DNA of 60,776 nucleotides from Bdellovibrionota bacterium (GTDB lineage: Bacteria; Bdellovibrionota; UBA1018; UBA923): the NCBI GenBank assembly GCA_040754655.1, contig JBFMCE010000005.1:1-60776 (forward strand), read 5' to 3'. Below the pieces are notes generated by a model that had not been told where the DNA came from, ran no database searches, and was given only the letters and a program-made list of their open reading frames with translations. Both the position numbers and the translations under genes were made by a program. This document shows, in pieces, positions 46,163-56,119 of the stretch. Positions within the stretch are counted from its first letter, which is position 1, and each line of letters opens with the position of its first letter.

Positions 46163-46591
46163 ATGTCTAAAAAGGTTCCTGCCAAAACAAAAGACCTTCC
46201 TGCTACTCACGGAATGCTTTTAGAAGTTCGAGATGAGCTGAAGGCTAGTATCCATGGAGTAAAGAAAGACCTCGAGGGAGTAAAGAAAGACCTCGAGGGA
46301 GTAAAAAGTGACCTCCAGGGAGTAAAAAATGACCTCAAGGGCGTAAAAAATGAACTCGGGGTTGTAAAGAAGGGGCTTGAGGCGAAGATAGAAGCAGGCT
46401 TCTTTGAGATGAAGTCACTTTTTCATCAAGCACTGTTACGTTTTGAGGAACAACGGTCCGAGAACAAGATAGTTTTAGAGGCGCTTCAGGGATTAGCTCA
46501 ACGACAAGATCGCCTCGAGTCCGAATTTATTGAAGTGCGTGACACAGTCCGAAGCCTGGCCAAGGCCAAGCATGGTAGAGGCCGCGCATAA
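46163..46591 (+). CDS. coiled-coil protein with heptad tandem repeats
   Basis: GVK(K/S/N)DL(E/Q/K) repeated about 6 times. Confidence 0.8.
   Translation: MSKKVPAKTKDLPATHGMLLEVRDELKASIHGVKKDLEGVKKDLEGVKSDLQGVKNDLKGVKNELGVVKKGLEAKIEAGFFEMKSLFHQALLRFEEQRSENKIVLEALQGLAQRQDRLESEFIEVRDTVRSLAKAKHGRGRA
46256..46381 (+). repeat. 21-bp coding tandem repeat, 6 units
   Basis: GGAGTAAAGAAAGACCTCGAG twice identical, then 4 progressively diverged units. Confidence 0.9.
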
Positions 46592-46714
46592 AGCCTGAAT
46601 GCACTCCCGAGATTAGACAGCATTGTCAGCGAGCAGAAGATCGCGCCTAAGCCGGCAGACGGCTCTTTCGCAGTTCATTTCCCCTCTCTGTCAAAGTTTG
46701 CTATAAGAACGGCT

Positions 46715-46936
46715 ATGAAGGTCATTCGACTCAAACATCCTCTCGCCGTGCTCTTGCTTTTGCCGGTACTGGTTTTGGTGTTTATCGTACTTGGTCTCTT
46801 CTTTGTGGGCGCCCTGCTTTTGCCAAAACGAAAGGAGCAGAGAGAAGATCTTCCTTTAGAGAAATCTCGCTCTAGTCGCGAGAGGCCTTTCCCCTCGAAA
46901 CCAACTGTCATCGAAGCGGATTATCGTCGCATTTGA
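46715..46936 (+). CDS. small single-pass membrane protein
   Basis: Long hydrophobic helix, charged tail ending VIEADYRRI; TGCTATAAG 7 nt upstream. Confidence 0.7.
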   Translation: MKVIRLKHPLAVLLLLPVLVLVFIVLGLFFVGALLLPKRKEQREDLPLEKSRSSRERPFPSKPTVIEADYRRI

Positions 46937-47709
46937 TTGACGACTTGGCGAAGAAGTTCAGTGAACAGTATTTTCTGTTCATTCGAGATCGTCATGATGC
47001 TCAAGCCTAGTTGCCAGCGTTGATTCCCGGTTTTTGCATCAATTCCATGGATGACGCGTTTCACGGCCGAGATGGCCTCGATGCTTGAAGGAAAGTTTCC
47101 TCGAGGCTGGATCTGCGCGCGCACAAGTTCACCAGGAGTGAGAACCTTGATGCGCTGGTCTTCGGTCAAGACTTGAAAACCCGATGGAGACAGGTTGTCA
47201 AGATCGCAAGCCACCGAGACTTCCTCGGTGCCTGAGAAAAAGTTCATGATCGTACGCGATGGCATGATGGGAATGCTTTCTGTGAATGGAATTCTAGGAA
47301 ACTTGCGCACGTAGTCGGGCAGCACGCCTTCGCGGGCGATAGCGTCGTTGAGTTGTTGGGTTTCGACTTCACCCAGAACAAAAAACAGACCCAAGGCAGT
47401 ACCGCCCTCGGTCGACTCGCAAGTTAAGATTGCGTCGCAGTTGAACTCAAATATCGGGGTAGCTATGACCTGAACCGCCACTTTGATCCGCCGACCAATA
47501 GTCTCTTTAGGGTCGAATTGCGTCCATTTGAACCCCGGGACTCCGGTCGCATTGATCAAGTGTTCACCCACCGGAAAGACCTTGTTGCCGATATTGAACG
47601 ATATCTTGGCCTTAATGAATCGAGGTGAGAAGCTAGTTATGCTCATGTCTTTGGCTCTATCGGAAACTTTTTGCGTCGCATCGAGGGGGATATTCTTGCC
47701 GCCCGCCAA
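46921..47709 (-). CDS. PilZ-domain protein (c-di-GMP receptor candidate)
   Basis: RKFPR (RxxxR) and DNLSPSG (D/NxSxxG); start uncertain. Confidence 0.75.
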   Translation of the reverse strand: MAGGKNIPLDATQKVSDRAKDMSITSFSPRFIKAKISFNIGNKVFPVGEHLINATGVPGFKWTQFDPKETIGRRIKVAVQVIATPIFEFNCDAILTCESTEGGTALGLFFVLGEVETQQLNDAIAREGVLPDYVRKFPRIPFTESIPIMPSRTIMNFFSGTEEVSVACDLDNLSPSGFQVLTEDQRIKVLTPGELVRAQIQPRGNFPSSIEAISAVKRVIHGIDAKTGNQRWQLGLSIMTISNEQKILFTELLRQVVNQMRR

Positions 47710-47804
47710 GAAGGCTTTTTGAATACAGCTGAAGGCTTGTCCATCATCCTCCCTTGCGCTATGAATAAAAGAAGTCCAAAAAAAATCAAACCCTTGGAGG
47801 CGCT

Positions 47805-50072
47805 ATGCCCAGTGTAGAGACCACAAAAGAAATGGTGACCCAGAGCTATGCAACCATTCGTAAGAACCTCGATGTATTGAGAAAGCGGCTAGGGCGTCCT
47901 CTGACACTGGCGGAAAAGATTTTATTGGGCCATCTCGATGATCCAAGTGAACAGGAACTCAAGCCTGGCTCCAGCACTCTAAGGCTGCGCCCTGATCGCG
48001 TGACGATGCAAGACGCCACTGCTCAAATGGCTCTTCTGCAATTCATGCAGTCGGGTCGTGATCAAGTCGCTGTTCCTTCAAGCGTGCACTGCGACCATTT
48101 GATCCGTGCGTACAAGGGGGCTTCGGCAGACAACCAGACGGCATCGATGGAAAATAAAGAGGTTTACGATTTCTTGCGGTCTGCCTGTAATAAGTATGGG
48201 ATCGGATTTTGGGGACCAGGCGCGGGCATCATTCACCAAGTGGTTCTAGAGCAGTATGCGTTTCCTGGCTGCATGTTGATCGGAACCGACAGCCACACTC
48301 CAAATGGCGGAGGCCTTGGCATGATCGCTTGCGGGGTGGGAGGAGCGGACGCCGCTGAAGTGATGTCGGGTCTTGCTTGGGAAGTGAAGTATCCCAAACT
48401 CATTGGCGTGAAGCTCACGGGTAAGATGAATGGCTGGACTGCGCCTAAAGACGTGATCTTGAAAGTATGCGAGATCCTCACCGTAAAAGGCGGGACCAAC
48501 CACATTGTCGAATACTTTGGCCCGGGTTGCGAGAGCATCAGCTGCACCGGAAAAGCGACGATCACCAACATGGGTGCTGAGCATGGCGCTACGACCTCGA
48601 TCTTTCCTTATGATGAGAGGATCCAAAAATATCTAAAGGCCACAGGCCGCAGCGAATTGGCCGAGCTTGCCGAGAAGAACAAAGACTTGTTGCGAGTCGA
48701 CGCGGAGGTAGAAAAGGATCCTGCGAAATTCTACGACCGTGTGATTGAAATCGATCTTTCGAAACTTGAACCGCACGTCTGTGGGCCTCACACGCCTGAC
48801 CTTGCGCGCCCTGTTTCAAAAATGGCTGAAGACGCGAAGAAGAATGGATATCCGTTTGAGTTGAAGGCCGCATTGATCGGTTCTTGCACCAACTCTTCTT
48901 ATGAAGACATGGGAAGGGCGGCTGATGTCGCGAAACAAGCGCTGAAGGCAGGCGCAAAGGCAAGCATCCCGTTCATGGTCACTCCTGGCAGCAATCAGAT
49001 TTTCGAAACCATCAAGCGCGATGGACAAATGAAGGATCTAGAGGCCATCGGCGGGTTGGTTCTCGCCAACGCGTGTGGCCCGTGCATCGGCCAGTGGAAG
49101 CGTGACGATATCAAAACCGGCGAGAAGAATTCGATCATCACATCTTACAATCGAAACTTCCCGGCGCGAAATGATGCCAACCCTGAGACGATGGCGTTCA
49201 TCGCGAGTCCTGAGATCGTCGTGGCTTACGCTCTCGCTGGAAGGCTTGATGTGAATCCGATCTCCGATGAAATCGAAACCGTTGATGGGAAGAAGTTGAG
49301 GCTTCAACCCCCAGAGGTCGCGGATGAGCTTCCGAAGAAGGGGTTTGTCTCTACGCTGGATGGTTATCAGGCTCCGGCCAAAGACGGCAGCAAGGTGCAA
49401 ATCGAGGTTTCGCCTAAGAGCGATCGGTTGCAGTTGCTCTCGCCGTTTGCCGCATGGGACGGAAAAGATTTCAGTGAACTTCCTCTTTTGCTCAAGGCAA
49501 AAGGCAAGTGTACCACTGATCACATCTCGGCAGCCGGACCATGGCTCAAGTACCGCGGGCATCTCGACAATATCTCGAACAATATGTTCTTGGGCGCGAT
49601 CAATGCGTTTACGGGCGAGGCCGGCAAAACCTTGAACGTGCTTTCGGGCAAAAACGGCGAAGTCGTGCCCGCTGTTGCGCGCGAGTACAAAGCCAAGGGC
49701 ATGCGATGGGTGGTCGTGGGTGATGAGAACTATGGTGAGGGTTCAAGCCGTGAGCATGCGGCGATGAGCCCGAGATATTTGGGAGCGGCAGCCATTCTTA
49801 CTCGCTCGTTCGCGCGTATTCATGAGACGAACCTCAAGAAGCAAGGCGTATTGCCGCTCACGTTCGCAAACCCCGCAGATTACGACAAGGTTCAAGAAGG
49901 CGATCGTGTCAGCATTCGCGGTTTGGCGAGCCTCGCGCCCGGAAAAAGCGTGGAATGCGTGATCAAACACACTTCGGGTGCAGAAGATCGCATTGAGCTG
50001 AAGCATTCTCTTACGGCAGAACAGATTCAGTGGTTCAAGGCGGGCTCGGCGTTGGCTGCGAATAAGAAGTAA
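47805..50072 (+). CDS. aconitate hydratase (mitochondrial-type subfamily)
   Basis: [68 protein letters not shown]. Confidence 0.95.
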   Translation: MPSVETTKEMVTQSYATIRKNLDVLRKRLGRPLTLAEKILLGHLDDPSEQELKPGSSTLRLRPDRVTMQDATAQMALLQFMQSGRDQVAVPSSVHCDHLIRAYKGASADNQTASMENKEVYDFLRSACNKYGIGFWGPGAGIIHQVVLEQYAFPGCMLIGTDSHTPNGGGLGMIACGVGGADAAEVMSGLAWEVKYPKLIGVKLTGKMNGWTAPKDVILKVCEILTVKGGTNHIVEYFGPGCESISCTGKATITNMGAEHGATTSIFPYDERIQKYLKATGRSELAELAEKNKDLLRVDAEVEKDPAKFYDRVIEIDLSKLEPHVCGPHTPDLARPVSKMAEDAKKNGYPFELKAALIGSCTNSSYEDMGRAADVAKQALKAGAKASIPFMVTPGSNQIFETIKRDGQMKDLEAIGGLVLANACGPCIGQWKRDDIKTGEKNSIITSYNRNFPARNDANPETMAFIASPEIVVAYALAGRLDVNPISDEIETVDGKKLRLQPPEVADELPKKGFVSTLDGYQAPAKDGSKVQIEVSPKSDRLQLLSPFAAWDGKDFSELPLLLKAKGKCTTDHISAAGPWLKYRGHLDNISNNMFLGAINAFTGEAGKTLNVLSGKNGEVVPAVAREYKAKGMRWVVVGDENYGEGSSREHAAMSPRYLGAAAILTRSFARIHETNLKKQGVLPLTFANPADYDKVQEGDRVSIRGLASLAPGKSVECVIKHTSGAEDRIELKHSLTAEQIQWFKAGSALAANKK

Positions 50073-50152
50073 AAGAGATTATTTCTATTCAGATGACGCT
50101 ATATGTCATTGTTCATTGACCCAGACTTCACTTGGTGGTAGCTGCGGCATCT

Positions 50153-50857
50153 ATGAAAATCCGCAACTCTTTCTCCCGTTCGCTAGTCGTATTCTTTCTT
50201 GGAGTTTTCTTTTCCGCAAACACGGCATTGGCCAATTGGTGGAACGAACCCGTTCCAACGGAGATCGATCGTGCAGCCACAATCTTGAGCATGCCCGCGG
50301 CCACACTCGAAGGATTCATTGAAGAGACAAGAAAGGAACCTCTCGAAGGAGCAGAAGCCACTCTAGCCGGAAGAAAGTTTGCGGTGATGTTTCATTCCGC
50401 GCTTACGATGGTGCAAGCAGTTGATCAGGAGCTGCAGACCCCGGGGCTTTCACCAAAACAAAAGGCTGATCTTGAGATTCGCAAGCAAGACTTTCAGGAG
50501 CAGGGAAGAGAAGCTCTAGCGTGGGCGTTTGCTTTTGGGTATACGACAAAAGCACGTGTGAGTGACGTGGGTCAATTGCGAATCGTGATGTGGGGCTCAC
50601 TGGGATTGGTTGCAATTGGAAGATTGGCTTATGAGCTTGGCTTGACTCAAGATTTTGTAACGGCAGTTTCTATAGGCGCGGCGACTCTCGCCGCCGGTAC
50701 TGTCTATATTGCGTATTCCGAGATCAGCAAGCTGGTCGACCCTTTCACCAGAGGGAATAAGTTTTTTAAAGCTTTCCTCAGTGAACTCGAGTCTAAAAAA
50801 CAAAAGATGTCGGTTTTTCGACCCTTGAAGTCGCTTTGCGAAGCGCTGCTTCGCTAG
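50153..50857 (+). CDS. exported hypothetical protein with two TM/amphipathic helices
   Basis: Signal peptide (ALA-NW), hydrophobic hairpin, C-terminal CEALLR. Confidence 0.7.
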   Translation: MKIRNSFSRSLVVFFLGVFFSANTALANWWNEPVPTEIDRAATILSMPAATLEGFIEETRKEPLEGAEATLAGRKFAVMFHSALTMVQAVDQELQTPGLSPKQKADLEIRKQDFQEQGREALAWAFAFGYTTKARVSDVGQLRIVMWGSLGLVAIGRLAYELGLTQDFVTAVSIGAATLAAGTVYIAYSEISKLVDPFTRGNKFFKAFLSELESKKQKMSVFRPLKSLCEALLR

Positions 50858-50873
50858 GTATGAGGGGGGTCTT

Positions 50874-51320
50874 GTGCTCACCGAGTGGCGCTGGAAAAAG
50901 TTTGAAGAGCTTGAACTCAAGGAACTCTACGAGATCATTCGCCTAAGGGAACGTGTTTTCGTTGTTGAGCAAAGTTGCGCTTATCTTGACTGCGATGGGC
51001 TTGACCCGCAAGCGTGGCATCTTGCCGGGTATAAAGATGGGATACTTGCAGCTTACTTGCGGGTGCTTCCCAAGAAACTGAAATACGAAGAGATCTCGTT
51101 TGGCCGGGTGGTGACGTCTCCGGAGTTTAGAGGACTTGGATATGGAAAGCACCTCACGAAACAAGCGCTCATGAACATACGTCATACCTGGGGTGAGGAT
51201 TCAATCAGGATTTCGGCGCAAGCATATTTGGAAAAGTTTTACGCGAGCTTGGGTTTTCAGCGGCAGGGTAATGAGTACCTTGAAGACGGAATTCCTCATA
51301 TCGAGATGTTGCGGCCCTGA
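50874..51320 (+). CDS. elaA: ElaA-family GNAT acetyltransferase
   Basis: LYEIIRLRERVFVVEQSCAYLD.DGLD, GRVV...RGLG.G, ISAQAYL, YLEDGIPHIEM. Confidence 0.92.
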   Translation: MLTEWRWKKFEELELKELYEIIRLRERVFVVEQSCAYLDCDGLDPQAWHLAGYKDGILAAYLRVLPKKLKYEEISFGRVVTSPEFRGLGYGKHLTKQALMNIRHTWGEDSIRISAQAYLEKFYASLGFQRQGNEYLEDGIPHIEMLRP

Positions 51321-51461
51321 CAACTGGTTGCAATTTCTTTGAGCTCTTCTTGCACTTTAAAAACTAAACTTGAAATTTATCGTCCGTGCTTGCCAAACCG
51401 TTTCGGGCCATAATAAGAACCGGGCGGGGTTAACGTAGGTCTTCAATCGTTAGGGGGAAAT

Positions 51462-52346
51462 ATGAAATTACGACCATCTAAAACGCCAAGGCGTTTGTCG
51501 AAAGTCACGGCGAGTGTTCTAGCCTTCTTTTGCGTCGCTATTCTGGCTGCAAATCATTCTTCGGCGGATTCTAGCCCGAAACCAACCAAAAGCGCTTTTA
51601 TTCATTCTGCCAAGAGAAAACCCAAAGAGAGTTTTAAAAACGCGTTTTCGCGTTATATGCAGAAGCTCGATAAGGCTGGTCTCAATAAACCCACCGAAGC
51701 CATTAGCGCTCACCAAGCCGCAAAACCTGTCAAAGAACTCGATCTAGAGCGCATTCCAGAGTGGGATAAGGTAGAAGATCTCGTGCGTTTTTTCAGAGAG
51801 GGGCGAGATACTCGTTTCCTTTATACGGACGACCGCCCTGATTTCGCGCGCCGATCAAGTTGGTATTACCCTGATGATGGGTGTTTTGCTCGAGCAGCGC
51901 TTTTAGTGCAAAACTTTGACAAATGGAAGGCACCCCAACTTCCAGCAAAGATCTTTATTTTTGGAAGCTTGAAGGTGAAAACCAAGAATTCACCTTCAGG
52001 TTCGGTAAGCTGGTGGTATCACGTGGTGCCAGCGATCAAAGTTCCAGGTCAAAAGAATCGGGTTTTTGTATTTGATCCTGCCATCTACGCGCGAGGCCCG
52101 CTTGAACTGAAAGCTTGGATCAAACGCATGAGCCCTGACCTTGATAAGGTGCGCGTCAGCGTTTGCAGCCCTTATACGTACACTCCAAATTCAGACTGTT
52201 ATGACGCGACTCCAAAAACCGATGATTCTGCACGATCGGATCAGTTGTATTATCTCGATGCAGAATGGGAACGCGTAGCTTTACTTGGGCGCGATCCGGA
52301 GAAACTCTTGGGCGACGAACCGCACTGGCAGAGAAGAGCGCACTAA
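51462..52346 (+). CDS. secreted protein-glutamine glutaminase-like deamidase
   Basis: DGCFARA (Cys), WWYHVVP (His), FDPA (Asp) triad pattern; signal peptide and pro-region. Confidence 0.85.
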   Translation: MKLRPSKTPRRLSKVTASVLAFFCVAILAANHSSADSSPKPTKSAFIHSAKRKPKESFKNAFSRYMQKLDKAGLNKPTEAISAHQAAKPVKELDLERIPEWDKVEDLVRFFREGRDTRFLYTDDRPDFARRSSWYYPDDGCFARAALLVQNFDKWKAPQLPAKIFIFGSLKVKTKNSPSGSVSWWYHVVPAIKVPGQKNRVFVFDPAIYARGPLELKAWIKRMSPDLDKVRVSVCSPYTYTPNSDCYDATPKTDDSARSDQLYYLDAEWERVALLGRDPEKLLGDEPHWQRRAH

Positions 52347-52584
52347 TAAAAGATTTCGGTTTTAGAGTTTTTCTAAAGTGAATCGGCACCCGGGGTTCTG
52401 AAAAACGGAACCCGGATGCCGCCGCTCTTGCTCTGCAAAAAGCCAATGCATTGGGGAAAAAAGTCGAATGCGGGCATTGCAGGAGCTTTTTTGACGTCCA
52501 TCCGACTAACCCATAGCGAATCTTAGACGGAGCCGGCAATAAAATCCCCTCGGCGATTTTGCCTTTTCTTCCGATAACCTCAAC

Positions 52585-53973
52585 ATGGTTCGCCCGGATT
52601 CCGTTCGAAAATTTGCCTTTCGCATGACGATCGCCTTTTTCGTATTCATTGGATTGCGCCTGCTCGCGGCAAAGGGCGAAGTGACCGAACCCCGTGCAAT
52701 CAGCGCGAACGCGCCTCCGGGCACGGCGAGCACCGTGTTTCAAAAGACCAAACCTTATGTTTGCGCCCTCAAGACGGCAGTCTCAGAGAATGCTCCGAAG
52801 GCTTCTTATGGCAGCGCCTTTGTCGTCGATAAAACGGGGCTGCTCGCCACGAATTATCACGTCGTGGTGGATGCGGTGAGGACTCCGAAGAAGTACAAGA
52901 CTTTCGTGATCATCGACGGAAAACCGATCAGGGCCAAAGTGGTTGCGATCGATGTCGTCCGCGATCTCGCATTGGTGCACGTTTCTCATGAGTTTTCAGG
53001 AGCCCTAGAGTTTGGAGGCGTTTCACTGGAAACCGGCGCCAAACTTTATTCGGTGGGTGTGCCGGAAGATCTCAATATGTCGATCGTCGAGGGCAATTAC
53101 AACGGGCTTCAGAAAAATGGTCCGTATGAAAACGTTGTCCTGTCTTCTCCGATCAATCCTGGCATGAGCGGTGGCCCCACTATCAATGAGCAAGCTCAAA
53201 TCGTTGGCGTGAATGTGGCGATCTTACGCCAGGCGCAGAACATCTCGTTCGCGGTGCCGGCGTCTTACCTCAAAAAACTAGTCGACGAGACGCGCCTGCC
53301 TGATCGGGCGGTGGCCGCTGTCGTTGACGACTGGGGACCTTCGATTGTGCGGCAATTGAAGACCGCGGCAGACGAACTTTCAGAAGCTTGGATGCAAAAG
53401 GCTTCTGAACGCGTTGAATTCAAAGGGTGGAGGGCGCATGCCCCGCCTGCGGGACTGAAGTGCTGGCGCGATCAAAAAGAAAAGTATGCGAGAGAAGCCA
53501 ACGTTGATGTTCAAAGGTGCATGTCGCTCTTCAGCGCTTCGCCAGAGCGAGACATTCAGAGCGGCAACTACGAGATCGCGTACATGAACGTGACGAGCCC
53601 CAGGCTTAAGAGCTTTCAATTCTTTCACCTGCTCGATGACATTTACGGTGATCTCGCCACGAGCTCGTTTGAATCTAATGGCCTGATTGATGAACTGGTC
53701 GACTCTTTGCTCGATGAATCAAGCGAGGCTCGCTACACGAAGCCCCGATGCGGCGAAGAGATCGTAGTGAATAAACAAAACATCGCGATGAAGGTCAACT
53801 ATTGCGTAACCGGTTTGGTTCGCTATGAAGGGCTGCTCAATGGTTTTGTAAGATGGGTCACTCTTGAAAAACAAAATAGCGCGCTGTTGATGGTGTTGAA
53901 GCTCAAGGGCTTTCGTTCTCAAAACATGAAACAACTGTTTGAAGCATTAACCCATAGCGTGGAGAAATTTTAA
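52585..53973 (+). CDS. trypsin-like (S1) serine protease with non-PDZ Cys-containing C-terminal domain
   Basis: TNYHVV, RDLAL, INPGMSGGP catalytic triad; N-terminal signal or TM. Confidence 0.88.
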   Translation: MVRPDSVRKFAFRMTIAFFVFIGLRLLAAKGEVTEPRAISANAPPGTASTVFQKTKPYVCALKTAVSENAPKASYGSAFVVDKTGLLATNYHVVVDAVRTPKKYKTFVIIDGKPIRAKVVAIDVVRDLALVHVSHEFSGALEFGGVSLETGAKLYSVGVPEDLNMSIVEGNYNGLQKNGPYENVVLSSPINPGMSGGPTINEQAQIVGVNVAILRQAQNISFAVPASYLKKLVDETRLPDRAVAAVVDDWGPSIVRQLKTAADELSEAWMQKASERVEFKGWRAHAPPAGLKCWRDQKEKYAREANVDVQRCMSLFSASPERDIQSGNYEIAYMNVTSPRLKSFQFFHLLDDIYGDLATSSFESNGLIDELVDSLLDESSEARYTKPRCGEEIVVNKQNIAMKVNYCVTGLVRYEGLLNGFVRWVTLEKQNSALLMVLKLKGFRSQNMKQLFEALTHSVEKF

Positions 53974-53974
53974 A

Positions 53975-55021
53975 ATGTTGTTGCTGAGGATTCAAATCGA
54001 GAATGCCACGATCGCTCAAGAAGCGTCGGTGACCCAGTTCCCATGCACCCTTGGACGCTCGCAAAGCAATGCGCTCGTGATCAATCACGGCACGGTTTCG
54101 GCTCAGCACGCGAAGATTGAAAAGCTCGCAGACAATGAGTACCGGCTGATTGACCAAGGCAGCACGAATGGCACCTATTTCAACGGCATGCGACGCCGCG
54201 AACTTAAGCTTGAGGCCGGGCAATCGATTTGGCTAGGGCAAGTAAAATTAGATGTCGTGCGACTCGGAGTGGCTGAAGAACCTGCTCAAGCAATGGATCT
54301 CTCGGCAAGAGACCCGCTCGTAGACCACGGGCAGCCCCAGGTTCAGCCTCGAAAGTTGCCAGAGTTTCTTAGAGGCGATGCCAAGAAGATGGTGTTTCAG
54401 ACCCTGCTTTTGAGCGCAGTGCTTTCGATGGTCTTTGGAATTGATCGCTACCTCTTTGAAGCCGGAAAGTCGCCCTTCTTGACTGTGATGGTCACTTTCA
54501 CTTTCTTGATGGGCACCGCTTTTGTTGCCATGCCCGTCGCGTTTGTGGCGCGATTTTTCACGGGCCGGTTCAAGTTTTGGCCGATCATGAACTGTCTCTT
54601 GGCCCTATCCATTTTCTACCAAGCAGGCGCCTTGTTGGGACCGTTTTTGAGCTTTAACCTGAATAACCCGCAGTTGGTCTCGACCCTTCAGTTGTTTTTT
54701 GCGCTCTCTTATTATTTCGCCTTGTTTTATTTCCTCGGGAAAACGATCTCGTCAACGGCCCCCAAGCGAAGGCTTGTCGCCGTCTCTGGCGCCATCACCT
54801 CTTGCATCGCAGTGCTGGGTATTCTTGTCAGGGTTTCTATCTCGCCCGAGATGATGAGCGTGACTGGCAGGATCTCTTACCCGATCTCGTCCTACAGTCA
54901 GAGCTCTCATCCAGTGAAACAGCTCATCCAAGGCCTAGAGGAAAAGGTTGCCGAGGTCGAGAAAGACCAAACCAAGGCAAGCGCGGTAAAACCTTCCGAG
55001 CGCGGCCCAGCTTCAGAGTAG
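53975..55021 (+). CDS. FHA-domain membrane protein
   Basis: LGRSQSN, VSAQHA, DQGSTNGT; about 5 TM helices. Confidence 0.88.
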   Translation: MLLLRIQIENATIAQEASVTQFPCTLGRSQSNALVINHGTVSAQHAKIEKLADNEYRLIDQGSTNGTYFNGMRRRELKLEAGQSIWLGQVKLDVVRLGVAEEPAQAMDLSARDPLVDHGQPQVQPRKLPEFLRGDAKKMVFQTLLLSAVLSMVFGIDRYLFEAGKSPFLTVMVTFTFLMGTAFVAMPVAFVARFFTGRFKFWPIMNCLLALSIFYQAGALLGPFLSFNLNNPQLVSTLQLFFALSYYFALFYFLGKTISSTAPKRRLVAVSGAITSCIAVLGILVRVSISPEMMSVTGRISYPISSYSQSSHPVKQLIQGLEEKVAEVEKDQTKASAVKPSERGPASE

Positions 55022-55086
55022 CCACCTCATGTCGTCGCGAAAGAACGCCGAAACAAGGTATAGGGACTCATTTCCCGGACTATTTT

Positions 55087-56118
55087 ATGAGACAAAAAAC
55101 AGGATTTAACCTTAGATTTTTTTGGATAACGGCGGTTCTTATCGCGGGCCTTTGTTTGTTTCGCGTCGTGTCTGTCGCAGCTTATGACGATGTCGAGGGT
55201 GACGCGGTAGAAGTCTACGCGTCAGAAGAATCCGAGGGCGACGAAGACGCGGCTGAAGAGGAGCTTGGCAAACCAGAGATCCGGTTGAGCCGCCCTGAGG
55301 AAGCCGCAAGCCGCATCGCGGATATGGGGTATGACCAGGTTCCCGGTTCAGAATACCTTCGAGATTCGGAGTCTCAAAACGCGCTGATCGTCCCGGTGCG
55401 CGAGGGAAGGAAAATCGCATCAACGGGCCTTCCCACGCATTCTGCGCCCGCCAGGGAAACTTTGGGGCAGAGCCAAGCGCCTTATCCCACGCTCGAAGCG
55501 GAAGTCATTGAGCCTCGAGCGGTAAGCGCAGGCGAAACGCGCGCGCATGTCATCGAATCTCAGCAACGCAGAACTCTGGCCTCGTCTGTTCGCGGCCAAG
55601 AGTCGCAGTATGGTTTGCATTCAGAGCCCAAGCCCAATACAAAGATTGATCCGCCTGTGCCTCCGAATACCGCTCATACCGGTGTTCAAGAGGTGAGTGT
55701 GATCGTGAGCGATTACGGATACTTCCCGCAGCGCATTTTCGTGACGCAAAATGTTCCCGTGCGCCTGTATTTGACGACCCCTTCTAAAAATACGCTTTGT
55801 TTGATGAGCGATGGTTTGAACGTGAAAAAGGGTGTGGCTCCTGGAAAGGTCGAAGAAGTGCGTTTCATCCCGGAACAGCCTGGCGACTATAAGTTTTATT
55901 GCCCCGTGAAATCGATCGAAGGAATGATCACGGTGAGGGAGATGCCCGTGGCTGAGCCTTCGACCCGTGGTTTGGCCTCTGAGCCAGGCCGCGAGATCGC
56001 CAGTCAAGCAGGACAGCAACCCGATTCTGAACGCGGTGAAGACCAGCCGGCGGCTCGTCCTCCTGGATACAATGAACCCAAGAACGCCACACGACTTCGT
56101 TCGCTGATCGAGGATTAA
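55087..56118 (+). CDS. exported protein with cupredoxin-like domain
   Basis: Signal peptide from ATG 55087; GYFPQRIFV...PVRL, FIPEQPGDYKFYCP. Confidence 0.8.
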   Translation: MRQKTGFNLRFFWITAVLIAGLCLFRVVSVAAYDDVEGDAVEVYASEESEGDEDAAEEELGKPEIRLSRPEEAASRIADMGYDQVPGSEYLRDSESQNALIVPVREGRKIASTGLPTHSAPARETLGQSQAPYPTLEAEVIEPRAVSAGETRAHVIESQQRRTLASSVRGQESQYGLHSEPKPNTKIDPPVPPNTAHTGVQEVSVIVSDYGYFPQRIFVTQNVPVRLYLTTPSKNTLCLMSDGLNVKKGVAPGKVEEVRFIPEQPGDYKFYCPVKSIEGMITVREMPVAEPSTRGLASEPGREIASQAGQQPDSERGEDQPAARPPGYNEPKNATRLRSLIED

Positions 56119-56119
56119 G

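Noticed and set aside
54802-55086. Extended N-termini in the ORF track (also 4771, 5825, 44100, 38058, 40200, 34870)
   Set aside because: They overlap neighbours or lack homology; downstream starts have an SD, promoter or signal peptide
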